A DNA stretch of 64,000 bases from Christensenella sp. UBA3217 (GTDB taxonomy: Bacteria; Bacillota; Clostridia; Christensenellales; CAG-1252): contig DEWF01000001.1 in assembly GCA_002363545.1 (NCBI GenBank), positions 240,272 to 304,271 of the forward strand. Direction: 5' to 3'. The translations under genes and the position numbers were made by a program. A model generated the notes under the pieces. It ran no database searches and was not told the origin of the DNA. It worked only from the letters and a program-made list of their open reading frames with translations. Position 1 is the stretch's first letter; each line of letters begins with the position of its first letter. Below are positions 30,364 through 39,273 of the stretch, piece after piece.

Positions 30364-30954
30364 TTACATTTTTACAAAGATATCCAATAAAAAGTCCATT
30401 GCGGAGTCCGCCACGTCCGCCGTGTGATTTAAGTGACGGTAGATCTCATTGTATTTAAAAATCATTTTAAAGTCATCGCTCTCAAAAATATTGGCATAAG
30501 CTCCCTTCGTAAGACCTTCCATAACGTTTTCCAAGTGTTTTACCTTATAGGCGGCACCTTTGGAAGCTTCCTGATCGGTGGACATAAAACGCATAGCGTC
30601 ATATAAATACCCGGCCATCTCCAATAAGGTTTCGGTGATTTGTAAAAGGTCTTCGTTGGGAGTGATCCTGAATAGCTTTACTTCATCTACCGAAGTTTTT
30701 ATATAGTCAATGATCTCATCCAACAAGCGAGAAAGGTGGAAAAGGTCCTCTCGGTCGATGGGAGTAATGTAGGTTCGATTCAGATTTTCTATCAAAGTCC
30801 TGCGAATATCATCCGCTTGTTCTTCTAAGGCAATTACTTCATCCGCTTGGTCCTTTTCACCGGATTTACAATAATCGCTCAACAAAGTCATGGCTTTCAC
30901 AACGTAAAGACCTTGTTGTTCCAAAAGTTTATAAAAATCAATTTTCTTTTTCAT
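30364..30954 (-). CDS. DUF47 (PhoU-like) phosphate transport regulator
   Basis: LEEQADDIRR...YITPIDREDLF.LS..LD; paired with a Pit gene. Confidence 0.88.
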   Translation of the reverse strand: MKKKIDFYKLLEQQGLYVVKAMTLLSDYCKSGEKDQADEVIALEEQADDIRRTLIENLNRTYITPIDREDLFHLSRLLDEIIDYIKTSVDEVKLFRITPNEDLLQITETLLEMAGYLYDAMRFMSTDQEASKGAAYKVKHLENVMEGLTKGAYANIFESDDFKMIFKYNEIYRHLNHTADVADSAMDFLLDIFVKM

Positions 30955-30955
30955 A

Positions 30956-31975
30956 TCAACCTCCGAAAATCAAATTGACAAGCAGGTAAAACCCTGCGCC
31001 GAAAGCAATGGTAGCGGGCATGGTAATGATCCATCCCAAAACGATGCGTTTGACGGTAAGCCATTTAACTCCACCGATGCGCTCCGAAATGCCAATTCCC
31101 ACAACGGTTGAAGAGATCACTTGACCTGTGCTGATTGGAATACCCAGCGCCGAAGAGGAAAAGATAACGATATTGGTTGCAAATTGAGAGGAAAGTGACA
31201 TGAGCGGCTTGATCTTAAAGAGCTTACTGCCGATGGTAACGATGATTCGATAACCGCCGAGCATCATGCCAAGCGCAAGACAGCCGCCAAAGATCGCCAC
31301 CAAGTAAAATGGCGGAGTGGCGCGCATAACGCCAATTCCAAGCGATGCGATAAGCATATAGATCCCAATGGCCTTTTGTGCATCATTTACAGAAATGGCG
31401 GATGAAAGAAGCCCTACGTTTACCCATTGCAATACCTTTACCGTTTTTCCGATACCGGAAGAACAGCGTAGTGCGATCTTTTTCAGTAATTTTTGGATCA
31501 AAAAACCGATCACGACCGATACGATGGGTGCAAGAAAGATCATGAGAACGATCCTAAGAAAAACGTTCCCCCAAAGAACGGCACGAAAACCAAAAGCTCC
31601 AATGCCGGCACCGATGATACCGCCCAATAAAGTGTGTGAGGTGCTGTTCGGTTGCTTTAAAAAATAAGTGACAAGACTCCAAAGAATTGCGGAAAGAAGC
31701 GCCGAAAGCATAAATAAAAATGCTTTTTTACTTGATAAAGCAACGTAAGATGCCTGTTTTATCATCCCTTTCCCCACGGTAGAAGCAACCGTTAAATCTT
31801 TTATTATAAAATACATTACGATGACGGTGGAAAACTGAACAAATGCACTCAAAGAGATGGCTATCCTTGGGCGCATGGCTTTTGTTGTGATGCAAGTTGC
31901 CACAGCATTTGATCCATCGGTATAACCCATATAAAACGTATAAATAGAAGTTAAAATCAATAGGCTTAGGATCAT
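30956..31975 (-). CDS. Inorganic phosphate transporter, PiT family
   Basis: GYTDGSNAVAT, STSHTLLGG, NDAQK, GIPISTGQ motifs. Confidence 0.9.
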   Translation of the reverse strand: MILSLLILTSIYTFYMGYTDGSNAVATCITTKAMRPRIAISLSAFVQFSTVIVMYFIIKDLTVASTVGKGMIKQASYVALSSKKAFLFMLSALLSAILWSLVTYFLKQPNSTSHTLLGGIIGAGIGAFGFRAVLWGNVFLRIVLMIFLAPIVSVVIGFLIQKLLKKIALRCSSGIGKTVKVLQWVNVGLLSSAISVNDAQKAIGIYMLIASLGIGVMRATPPFYLVAIFGGCLALGMMLGGYRIIVTIGSKLFKIKPLMSLSSQFATNIVIFSSSALGIPISTGQVISSTVVGIGISERIGGVKWLTVKRIVLGWIITMPATIAFGAGFYLLVNLIFGG

Positions 31976-32102
31976 ATCATTATAATAGTTTATTTCCTTT
32001 CAAAATGTCAATATACCCTTGTTTTTCGCACGCATATCACGATGAGTTTTTCAAGCAAAAGCATTTGCATTTCATTGCCAACGGAGGAAAATAGGTGCTA
32101 TA

Positions 32103-33146
32103 ATGAGATCGGTGGACCAAATGAAGTACTTAGCAGTAGATCTTGAAGCATGCAATATGTTTGTGAAAGGCAGCGTTTTCAGCGTAGGCATGGTTCTTGC
32201 AGATGAGAATTTTAATATTATTTTCAAAAGGAATTATTGGATCAACCCGTTGTGTCGTTTTGCAATGAAGTTTCGTAAACCCATTGATTTTAAGGTGACC
32301 AAGGACGATCTTTTTGATAAACCCACTTTTGCCGAAGTTAGGGATGAACTCGCAACTTATTTAGAAGATAAAGATACCATTGTGATGGCTCATTCCGCCA
32401 ATAACGATATGTTTATGTTTAACGAGGCATGCAAGCGCGCAAAAGTGAAGCCCTTTACCTTCCGCTTTATTTGCACGCAAATGATCTATTCTGCCGTTTA
32501 TGACGTGGAAAACGGAATAGGGCTGGATAAAGTGGCTGTGCAACTCGGCCGTGACTCCTTTACCCATCACCAAGCCGATGATGATTCCGAAATGGCGCTT
32601 TACCTCTTACAACATTGCTTGCAAAAACTGGGGCTTTCTTATTCCGAGGCTGTGAAAAAACTCGGTATCACACCGGGAAAGATGAGTGGCGGATCTTTTA
32701 CCTCTATGCGCTGTGCAGAGCTGGGCAGGTTGCGTGCAAGACGTAAGCAACGCGCATATGCTCTCCAACGCAAATGGCAAAAGGAATTGCGACAAGGCGG
32801 TGCGGTGACCATGCACGTGGAGCCAAGGTTCTTTGATCTTTTGAAATGTCGCTCCAAAACCATCGAATTGCGCACGTTGGATGAGAAAAGGGCAAAGATC
32901 GGAATTGGAGATCCCATCTATTTTATAAAAGAGAGCCAACATCCGATCGTGTTAAAAACAAAAGTGACTGCAATAGAGCATTTTCCTTCCTTTGATGAGG
33001 CATACTCCGCATTGGATCATGCAGCTATTGGCTTCCGCGATTCAGGGCTCGTGGAGTTTTTGGATAAGATGTACTCCATCTATTCCGATGAGAAGGAATT
33101 CACGCGCGGAGTAGTTGCTTTTCACCTTGATTTGACCGAAGATTGA
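32103..33146 (+). CDS. DEDDh 3'-5' exonuclease domain fused to a C-terminal ASCH domain
   Basis: AVDLE, HSANND and HQADDD exonuclease motifs; KTIELRTLDEKRAKIGIGD ASCH-like motif; the true start may be 32112 or 32121. Confidence 0.75.
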   Translation: MRSVDQMKYLAVDLEACNMFVKGSVFSVGMVLADENFNIIFKRNYWINPLCRFAMKFRKPIDFKVTKDDLFDKPTFAEVRDELATYLEDKDTIVMAHSANNDMFMFNEACKRAKVKPFTFRFICTQMIYSAVYDVENGIGLDKVAVQLGRDSFTHHQADDDSEMALYLLQHCLQKLGLSYSEAVKKLGITPGKMSGGSFTSMRCAELGRLRARRKQRAYALQRKWQKELRQGGAVTMHVEPRFFDLLKCRSKTIELRTLDEKRAKIGIGDPIYFIKESQHPIVLKTKVTAIEHFPSFDEAYSALDHAAIGFRDSGLVEFLDKMYSIYSDEKEFTRGVVAFHLDLTED

Positions 33147-33205
33147 CCCTTGAATAAACGATACTCAAAATCTCTAAAATTTATTTAGAAATTCTCGAAA
33201 AAATG

Positions 33206-33234
33206 TTGACATTCAAGGCAGTCTATTGTATGAT
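33206..33234 (+). promoter_or_regulatory. SigA promoter of the tRNA operon
   Basis: TTGACA-N17-TATGAT. Confidence 0.8.
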
Positions 33235-33252
33235 TATTAAGTCGCAAATCTT

Positions 33253-33328
33253 CGGGGTGTAGCGCAGATGGTAGCGCACGTGGTTTGGGACCATGGGGCC
33301 GGGAGTTCAAGTCTCTTCACCCCGACCA
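33253..33328 (+). tRNA. tRNA-Pro(TGG)
   Basis: Cloverleaf, anticodon TGG, encoded CCA. Confidence 0.95.
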
Positions 33329-33339
33329 GTATGTATCTT

Positions 33340-33416
33340 GGGCCTTTAGCTCAGTTGGTTAGAGCGGTCGGCTCATAACCGATTGGTCCGCGGTTCGAGT
33401 CCGTGAAGGCCCACCA
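33340..33416 (+). tRNA. tRNA-Ile2(CAT), lysidine type
   Basis: Anticodon CAT; GGGCCTT acceptor stem and body resemble Firmicute Ile2 rather than Met. Confidence 0.8.
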
Positions 33417-33438
33417 AGAATAGTTTTGTTAATAATGC

Positions 33439-33515
33439 GGTCCGGTAGTTCAGTTGGTTAGAACGCCAGCCTGTCACGCTGGAGGTCATGGGTTCGAGCC
33501 CCATTCGGATCGCCA
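33439..33515 (+). tRNA. tRNA-Asp(GTC)
   Basis: Cloverleaf, anticodon GTC, CCA. Confidence 0.95.
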
Positions 33516-33522
33516 ATTTTAT

Positions 33523-33598
33523 GCCTTGGTAGCTCAGTAGGTAGAGCAGGGGACTGAAAATCCCCGTGTCGGTGGTTCAATTCCGCCCCAAGGCACCA
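33523..33598 (+). tRNA. tRNA-Phe(GAA)
   Basis: Cloverleaf, anticodon GAA, CCA. Confidence 0.95.
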
Positions 33599-33603
33599 GC
33601 CCT

Positions 33604-33679
33604 GCTGGTGTAGCTCAATTGGCAGAGCAGCTGATTTGTAATCAGCAGGTTGTTGGTTCGATTCCGATCACCAGCTCCA
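33604..33679 (+). tRNA. tRNA-Thr(TGT)
   Basis: Cloverleaf, anticodon TGT, CCA. Confidence 0.95.
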
Positions 33680-33686
33680 TAATTTC

Positions 33687-33770
<84 letters not shown>

Positions 33771-33771
<1 letters not shown>

Positions 33772-33810
33772 AAAACAGTCTAAAGCGAACCTGCTTTAGA
33801 CTGTTTTTTT
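33771..33810 (+). terminator. tRNA operon terminator
   Basis: AAAACAGTCTAAAGC-GAACCT-GCTTTAGACTGTTTT plus T-tract. Confidence 0.9.
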
Positions 33811-33838
33811 ATCCAAAACGAAACGTTAGCGAGGTTTG

Positions 33839-33960
33839 GCATATCATCAAGTGCTTGTCCCTTGCATATCATTACGGCATTCCCATGTATAAAAAACCGC
33901 TTCGATTTTGATGATATACAGCGCCTTTCGGCACTGATGATATACACGCATTCGCGTGAT
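33839..33960. repeat. Composite REP-like repeat (2+2 inverted ATATCAT(CA)/TGATGATAT units with small hairpins)
   Basis: GCATATCATCA at 33839, GCATATCATTA at 33864, TGATGATATAC at 33909 and 33935, CACGC-ATTC-GCGTG hairpin. Confidence 0.55.
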
Positions 33961-34002
33961 AAATCGATTTATAGGTTATTCTTTTTTTAGTTTAACGTTG
34001 CC

Positions 34003-34042
34003 AAAAAAAGGACCGATCCTCATGCTTGGATCAGTCCTTTTT
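34003..34042 (-). terminator. Terminator of the spoIIA operon
   Basis: AAAAAGGAC.GATCC...GGATC.GTCCTTTTT stem with flanking A/T tracts. Confidence 0.75.
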
Positions 34043-34072
34043 AATTTTATTAAGTTCAATTCCCACGATATT

Positions 34073-34789
34073 TCACGTTAAACGTTCTTTCAAAGAAGCA
34101 AGAATTTTACTTTCCAAGCGAGATACCTGTACTTGTGATACTCCAAGAATTTCCGCTACTTCACTTTGGGTTTTATCACGATAATAGCGTAAAAGAATGA
34201 TCTTTTTATCGCGTTCGTTTAACTTGTTGATCAGATCTCGCAGCATGATCTTATCTATCAGATCATCCGTTTTATCCACCGTTTTGATATTGTCTATCAA
34301 ATAGGCGCCGTTATCGTCATCGTATTTCTCATATAAAGATACGGGCATCCTGGTGCTGTCAAGTGCAAAAACAACCTCGTATGGATCTATATTAAAATGC
34401 TCTCCGATCTCCTCAATGGTGGGTTCACGCCCCTCATTGCCACGAAATTCATCGGTAAACTTGTTTATTAAAATGGCAAGCGCTTTTGTGGACCGGGATA
34501 CTTTTACCGGACCATCATCTCGTATTTGTCGCTTGATCTCTCCGCTGATCATAGGGACTGCGTAGGTGGAAAAGCGTACGCCGAAAGAACAATCAAAGTT
34601 CATAATGGCTTTATAAAGCCCAAGAGAACCGAGTTGTATCAAATCGTCATACTCGATAACGGTATTTCTATATCGCTTGATAATGCTTTTGATCAAAGGC
34701 ATATTTTCGGCAAGCAAGGTCGATTTTGCTTCTTCGCTGCCGTTTTGTGCTTCTTTTATCAAGAGCATCGTTTGCTCGTGATCAAGCAT
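34073..34789 (-). CDS. sigF: Forespore sigma factor F
   Basis: DDLIQLGSLGL, FSTYAVPMISGEIKR.IRDDG, LGVSQVQVSRLE; third gene of spoIIA. Confidence 0.92.
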   Translation of the reverse strand: MLDHEQTMLLIKEAQNGSEEAKSTLLAENMPLIKSIIKRYRNTVIEYDDLIQLGSLGLYKAIMNFDCSFGVRFSTYAVPMISGEIKRQIRDDGPVKVSRSTKALAILINKFTDEFRGNEGREPTIEEIGEHFNIDPYEVVFALDSTRMPVSLYEKYDDDNGAYLIDNIKTVDKTDDLIDKIMLRDLINKLNERDKKIILLRYYRDKTQSEVAEILGVSQVQVSRLESKILASLKERLT

Positions 34790-35213
34790 TTTTCAGTTCT
34801 TTCCTCATGGAAATGCTTGTTCCTCGACCTTTTTCCGACAAAATCTCTATTTTATCCGTAAAGGCTTCCATGATGGTGAAGCCCATGCCGCTGTGTTCTT
34901 CTTGCGACTTGGTGGTGAAAAAGGGTTTTCTTGCCTCTTCCACGTTGCTCATGCCTGTGCCTTGATCGGCTACCACAATGTCTATCACTCGATCGTCGAA
35001 GATCCGAACAGTCAGTTCCACGTTTCCACTCGTGCCGGGATAAGCGTGCACGATCACGTTGGTAACGGCTTCCGATACAGCCGTTTTGATATCGTTAATC
35101 TCTTCAAGAGTTGGTGAAAGCGGGGCGCAAAATGCCGCTACTGCCGCGCGGGCAAACCCTTCGTTTCCGTGCAAAGCCGGAAGTGTGATGCTTACATGAT
35201 TGGTTATCTTCAT
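34782..35213 (-). CDS. spoIIAB: Anti-sigma F factor
   Basis: NEGFAR.AVAAF, IKTAVSEAVTN..VHAY, SGMGFTIME. Confidence 0.95.
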   Translation of the reverse strand: MKITNHVSITLPALHGNEGFARAAVAAFCAPLSPTLEEINDIKTAVSEAVTNVIVHAYPGTSGNVELTVRIFDDRVIDIVVADQGTGMSNVEEARKPFFTTKSQEEHSGMGFTIMEAFTDKIEILSEKGRGTSISMRKELKNA

Positions 35214-35521
35214 ACCGATACCGCCTTTATAATTTGATATAGACCGCTGATGCGAAACACTTTATCCACCTGCGGCCGAACGTTTGTCACGCACAGATCC
35301 GCCCCGAGCGCCTTTATCCTCTTATACCTGCCAAGAAGTACGCCGATTCCGGTGCTATCCATAAAATCCACCTTGGCAAAGTCTATGATAAAAGTATCGA
35401 AACGGTATCCATCTATAAGTTTGTCAAGGTATTCTCTGGTTTCTCGTGCGCTTTCAGCGTCAAGATCCCCCTCCGGCATGACCGTTATGCAGTCTTTTAG
35501 ATATTCACTTCTGTATTTCAT
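35210..35521 (-). CDS. spoIIAA: Anti-anti-sigma F factor
   Basis: GDLD, FMDSTGIGVLLGRYK (phospho-Ser). Confidence 0.95.
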   Translation of the reverse strand: MKYRSEYLKDCITVMPEGDLDAESARETREYLDKLIDGYRFDTFIIDFAKVDFMDSTGIGVLLGRYKRIKALGADLCVTNVRPQVDKVFRISGLYQIIKAVSV

Positions 35522-35621
35522 ATTTCCCTCCGCGTATCATAGTATCTTTTCCTAAATCAAAGGAATCATTTGATTTTGTCGTCCTGTCACGCATTTTGTG
35601 CGCTTTTGTCGAGAGAAAAAG

Positions 35622-35652
35622 GTATAAAAACAAATGATGGTTGCGATACTTA
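35622..35652 (+). promoter_or_regulatory. SigG-like promoter of spoVA
   Basis: GTATA-N18-GATACTTA; spoVA is SigG-dependent in model organisms. Confidence 0.5.
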
Positions 35653-35744
35653 GCATATGGAAAACAAAGAAAACCATGCGATTGAAAAAAATCACGTTGA
35701 ACCGGAAAGTTATCGAAAAATAAAAGAAACGGAGTGTATCAGAA

Positions 35745-36191
35745 ATGCTGAGTAAAACACAATATTTGGAGTTAGACAAAAGAATAGCCCCTAAAAGTAA
35801 GGAAGGGCAAACCTTATGGATCGCATTTTTGGTAGGCGGAGCAATCTGCATGATCGGGCAAGGAATATCTGACGTGTTTTCCCTGATCCTGCCGAACGCT
35901 GATGAAAAAGTGATCGGGCAAATCACTTCTACCGTGATGATCTTTTTGGGAGCACTTTTGACGGGAATTGGGGTTTACGACCGTATCGGCAAGTATGCAG
36001 GCGGGGGATCCATTATTCCCATTACCGGTTTTGCCAATTCTGTAGTTTCTCCCGCTATGGAATACCGCTCGGAAGGCGTCGTTTTCGGTGTAATGTGCAA
36101 AATGTTTGTGATTGCAGGGCCTATCATCGTGAGTGGCGTGACAGCTGCGATCGGAGTTGGATTGATCTATTGGTTTATAGGTGTATTATGA
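35745..36191 (+). CDS. spoVAC: Stage V sporulation protein AC
   Basis: AFLVGGAIC.IGQ, PITGFANS, MFVIAGP. Confidence 0.95.
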   Translation: MLSKTQYLELDKRIAPKSKEGQTLWIAFLVGGAICMIGQGISDVFSLILPNADEKVIGQITSTVMIFLGALLTGIGVYDRIGKYAGGGSIIPITGFANSVVSPAMEYRSEGVVFGVMCKMFVIAGPIIVSGVTAAIGVGLIYWFIGVL

Positions 36192-37195
36192 TGAATTTCG
36201 GCAAACAAACCATTCGCTTTCAAAACAAACCACGTGTGCTTTCCGGCTACTCGATCGTAGGACCGAAGGAAGCATCCGGACCTTTGGATCCATACTTTCA
36301 TAAGCGCCTCAGGAAGGACGATTTCGGTCAAAGATCCTTTGAAAAAGCAGAATGCAAACTCCATATGAGCGCCATTTCAGGTGCGATCATTGCGGCGGGA
36401 CTCACGCCAAAGGATATAGATGTTAACATTGGTGGGGATCTGTTGAATCAAATCATCACATCCTCGTTTTCCGCACGAGAACTTGATATACCCTTTATTG
36501 GTATGTACAGCGCGTGTTCAACCTTTGGACAATCTCTTGCTCTGGGCGCCATGCTCATTGATGGCGGATATGCAGAAAAAGTCACTTGCAGTACAAGCAG
36601 TCATTTTTCCACGGCGGAAAGACAGTATCGCTATCCCCTGGAACTCGGCACGCAAATGACCCCAACTTCGCAATGGACCGTCACGGGAGCAGGGTGTACG
36701 CTACTTGGAAACATGGGTGGAAACATCTTTGTGGAAAGTGCCACGATAGGTAAAGTGATCGATTTTGGCATATCTGACGCCAATAATATGGGTGCAGCCA
36801 TGGCTCCCGCCGCCGCCAAAACAGTTGTTCAACACTTATTAGATACCGGACGTGAGGTTTCTTATTATGATCATATCGTAACGGGGGACCTCGGAATTTA
36901 CGGCAGTAAACTCTTTCTTGAACTTTTGGAAAGTGAAGGGATCCATGCGGCCGGCGTACACAAAGATTGCGGAGAAATGATCTTTGATAAAAAACAGCGT
37001 TGCCCACAAGGCGGTAGCGGAGCGGGATGCAGTAGCGTTGTGTTCAATTCCTACTTTCTGCACCACATGTCGGCGGGGGCAATCAAAAGGATCTTGTTGG
37101 TGCCAACGGGAGCGCTGCTATCCAAGTTATCATCGTTACAAGGGGAAACCATACCGGGGATAGCCAATGCGGTATCTTTTGAAAGGGAGGAATGA
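36188..37195 (+). CDS. spoVAD: Stage V sporulation protein AD
   Basis: GDLLNQI, SHFSTAERQYRYPLE, WTVTGAG, GGSGAGCS. Confidence 0.96.
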   Translation: MMNFGKQTIRFQNKPRVLSGYSIVGPKEASGPLDPYFHKRLRKDDFGQRSFEKAECKLHMSAISGAIIAAGLTPKDIDVNIGGDLLNQIITSSFSARELDIPFIGMYSACSTFGQSLALGAMLIDGGYAEKVTCSTSSHFSTAERQYRYPLELGTQMTPTSQWTVTGAGCTLLGNMGGNIFVESATIGKVIDFGISDANNMGAAMAPAAAKTVVQHLLDTGREVSYYDHIVTGDLGIYGSKLFLELLESEGIHAAGVHKDCGEMIFDKKQRCPQGGSGAGCSSVVFNSYFLHHMSAGAIKRILLVPTGALLSKLSSLQGETIPGIANAVSFEREE

Positions 37196-37197
37196 TT

Positions 37198-37560
37198 ATG
37201 GTGCTTACCTATTTGAAAGTATTTGCGGTGGGTGGAGCGCTGTGTATGATCGGGCAGCTACTCATCAATTTAACGAAAATGACTTCCGCAAAAATCTTAG
37301 TTGCTTTTCTACTTCTCGGTGTGCTCTTAGAAGCACTTGGATTGTTTGATGCCATCAAATCTTTTTCACAAGCCGGGATCACCATTCCCATTACGGGTTT
37401 TGGCTCAACCTTAACGAAAGGAGCAATAGAAGGGGTAAAAGAAGATGGTATACTCGGCGCTTTGACCGGTGGAATGAAAGCTGCGGCGGCCGGATTGTCT
37501 TCCGCCATCTTTTTCGGCTTTGTGATCAGTTTGATTTGTAAGTCAAAAACGAAAGTATAG
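37198..37560 (+). CDS. spoVAE: Stage V sporulation protein AE(b)
   Basis: FAVGGALCMIGQLL, IPITGFGS; GGGAGG RBS. Confidence 0.93.
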   Translation: MVLTYLKVFAVGGALCMIGQLLINLTKMTSAKILVAFLLLGVLLEALGLFDAIKSFSQAGITIPITGFGSTLTKGAIEGVKEDGILGALTGGMKAAAAGLSSAIFFGFVISLICKSKTKV

Positions 37561-39162
37561 TTATTTAATAGTCAAGTAAGGTGCCTTCATGCGGAATATG
37601 CGCACTTCATAAGGGCGAAGTCCCATGGTGGGGAATATCTGCTTACTCACAACGTTATAATTGGATACTTCACAAACAGCTTCTTTTTCCAACAGATCGG
37701 AAGGTACTTTGTAATTCATGTGTTTGTCCGTAGTGTTGGCAATAATGAGCAGTTTTTCCTTGTCCGATTGCCTGATAAAAGAAAGAATGTTTCCCTTGGA
37801 ATGATCGGAAAAGTCACCAAGCGTAAGAGCGGTGGAGTCTTTACGAAAAGCGATCATGTGTTTGGTATAGTTCAAAAGGCTATCTGCATCATTGGCTTGA
37901 GCAATAACGTTTATCTTATTGTAGTTATCATTGATGGGAAGATAGGGGTAGCCAGAGGTGAATCCCGCCGAAGGAACGTTATCCCACTGCATTGGAGAAG
38001 TGGTGTGTAAATTGTCTTTTGCGATCAAGTTTTCCACCGATTTTCTGAGCGGAAAATCGCGCATACCGATCTCCTGTCCTTGATAAATGGATGGGGTGGC
38101 AGTAGAAGTAAGCAACAGGGTGCAAAGCATTTTTTCCAAGTGCATAGCGGGATCAGCGCCATCGGAGAACCTTGAGATCATCCTCGTGTGTGCCTCATCC
38201 TCAAAGGCAAAGGTAAGATCCCTTTTACAAATAGATCTTTGTAAACTCAAATAACTACGGAAGAAATGCTCCTTGCAGAAAGAGGTATCATAGGTGAGGT
38301 TTGAGATCAAGTGTTCCGCATACAAGGAATCTCCAACTGCGCGATCGGTGGAAACCAAATAAGAAAAAGCGCCCGGTTTTACGTTTTTGCCGTAAAGGAT
38401 AATAGGGAAATCCCTTCCGATCTTCTCTCTGATCTCATTTAGGATCTGGAAAATACCGCCGCCGGAGGAAAAGAAGTCTTTCCCGGGCTTGTATATGGGC
38501 TTTAAATCGGATAGTATGATCTTTTTGATGGCAAAGTAAGCATCATCGATCACAAACCCATCCACGTTTCTATTGAGCCAATAACGAATAACGTCTAAAA
38601 TCTCTTTACGTAAACGCGGGTTTTGATAATTCAGAGTAGGGAAGGAAGCACCGAAAGTGTTTTTGTACCATTCTCCTTTGCTCTCTGAATAAGTCCATTC
38701 GTTTTGTCCGAATGCATTTCTCTTTTTATTGGGCGGATGCTTTCCGTTTTTTCCTTTACCCGTTCTCCAAACGTAGAATTCCTTATAAGCATTTTGCGAA
38801 GACTCCATGGCTTGCGTGAACCAAGAGTGTTGGGCGGAAGTACAAGTTAAATTCAAAGAAAGAAATATTTTGAATCCCGCCGTATGTCCTGCATTCACAA
38901 GCGAATCAAATTCTTCGTCCGTCCCGATGGCGGGATTGATGCGGCAATAGTTGGTGCACCCGTATTCCGGACGCTCCGAATCGGTTTCCGTAATAGCGGA
39001 TAAAACCAAAGTATCAACACCCAAAGCGGAAAGATAGGGGAGCCTACTTTCAATTCCCGCAAGATCTCCTATTCCATCTCCATCGGAATCGAAAAAGGAT
39101 TTAGGATAGATCCTATACACAACGGAAGATGCGTAATTCTCTTTGGTGTTCGTGTCCTTCAT
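37561..39162 (-). CDS. GH13 alpha-glucosidase-like protein with degenerate catalytic motifs
   Basis: VVYRIYPKSF.DSDGDGIGDL, YQGQEIGM and PMQWD scaffold motifs are retained; conserved regions I, III and IV are altered. Confidence 0.8.
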   Translation of the reverse strand: MKDTNTKENYASSVVYRIYPKSFFDSDGDGIGDLAGIESRLPYLSALGVDTLVLSAITETDSERPEYGCTNYCRINPAIGTDEEFDSLVNAGHTAGFKIFLSLNLTCTSAQHSWFTQAMESSQNAYKEFYVWRTGKGKNGKHPPNKKRNAFGQNEWTYSESKGEWYKNTFGASFPTLNYQNPRLRKEILDVIRYWLNRNVDGFVIDDAYFAIKKIILSDLKPIYKPGKDFFSSGGGIFQILNEIREKIGRDFPIILYGKNVKPGAFSYLVSTDRAVGDSLYAEHLISNLTYDTSFCKEHFFRSYLSLQRSICKRDLTFAFEDEAHTRMISRFSDGADPAMHLEKMLCTLLLTSTATPSIYQGQEIGMRDFPLRKSVENLIAKDNLHTTSPMQWDNVPSAGFTSGYPYLPINDNYNKINVIAQANDADSLLNYTKHMIAFRKDSTALTLGDFSDHSKGNILSFIRQSDKEKLLIIANTTDKHMNYKVPSDLLEKEAVCEVSNYNVVSKQIFPTMGLRPYEVRIFRMKAPYLTIK

Positions 39163-39273
39163 ACTTTACTTATTATAATATAAACGATAAATAATTGCAA
39201 TCACATGTTTTTTTATAAATTTAATCCATTGATTATAGAAAAAACATATTGTATAATAATAATTGAGGTAATT

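Noticed and set aside
33340-33416. The CAT-anticodon tRNA as tRNA-Met
   Set aside because: It lacks the fMet C1:A72 mismatch and GGG/CCC anticodon stem, and the body resembles Firmicute tRNA-Ile2.
33839-33960. A CRISPR mini-array
   Set aside because: The units are ~11 bp, partly inverted, with short irregular spacers; no cas genes are present.
37561-39162. The GH13-like gene as a pseudogene
   Set aside because: The frame is uninterrupted and full length with a consensus promoter, so it is kept as a CDS (possible pseudoenzyme).
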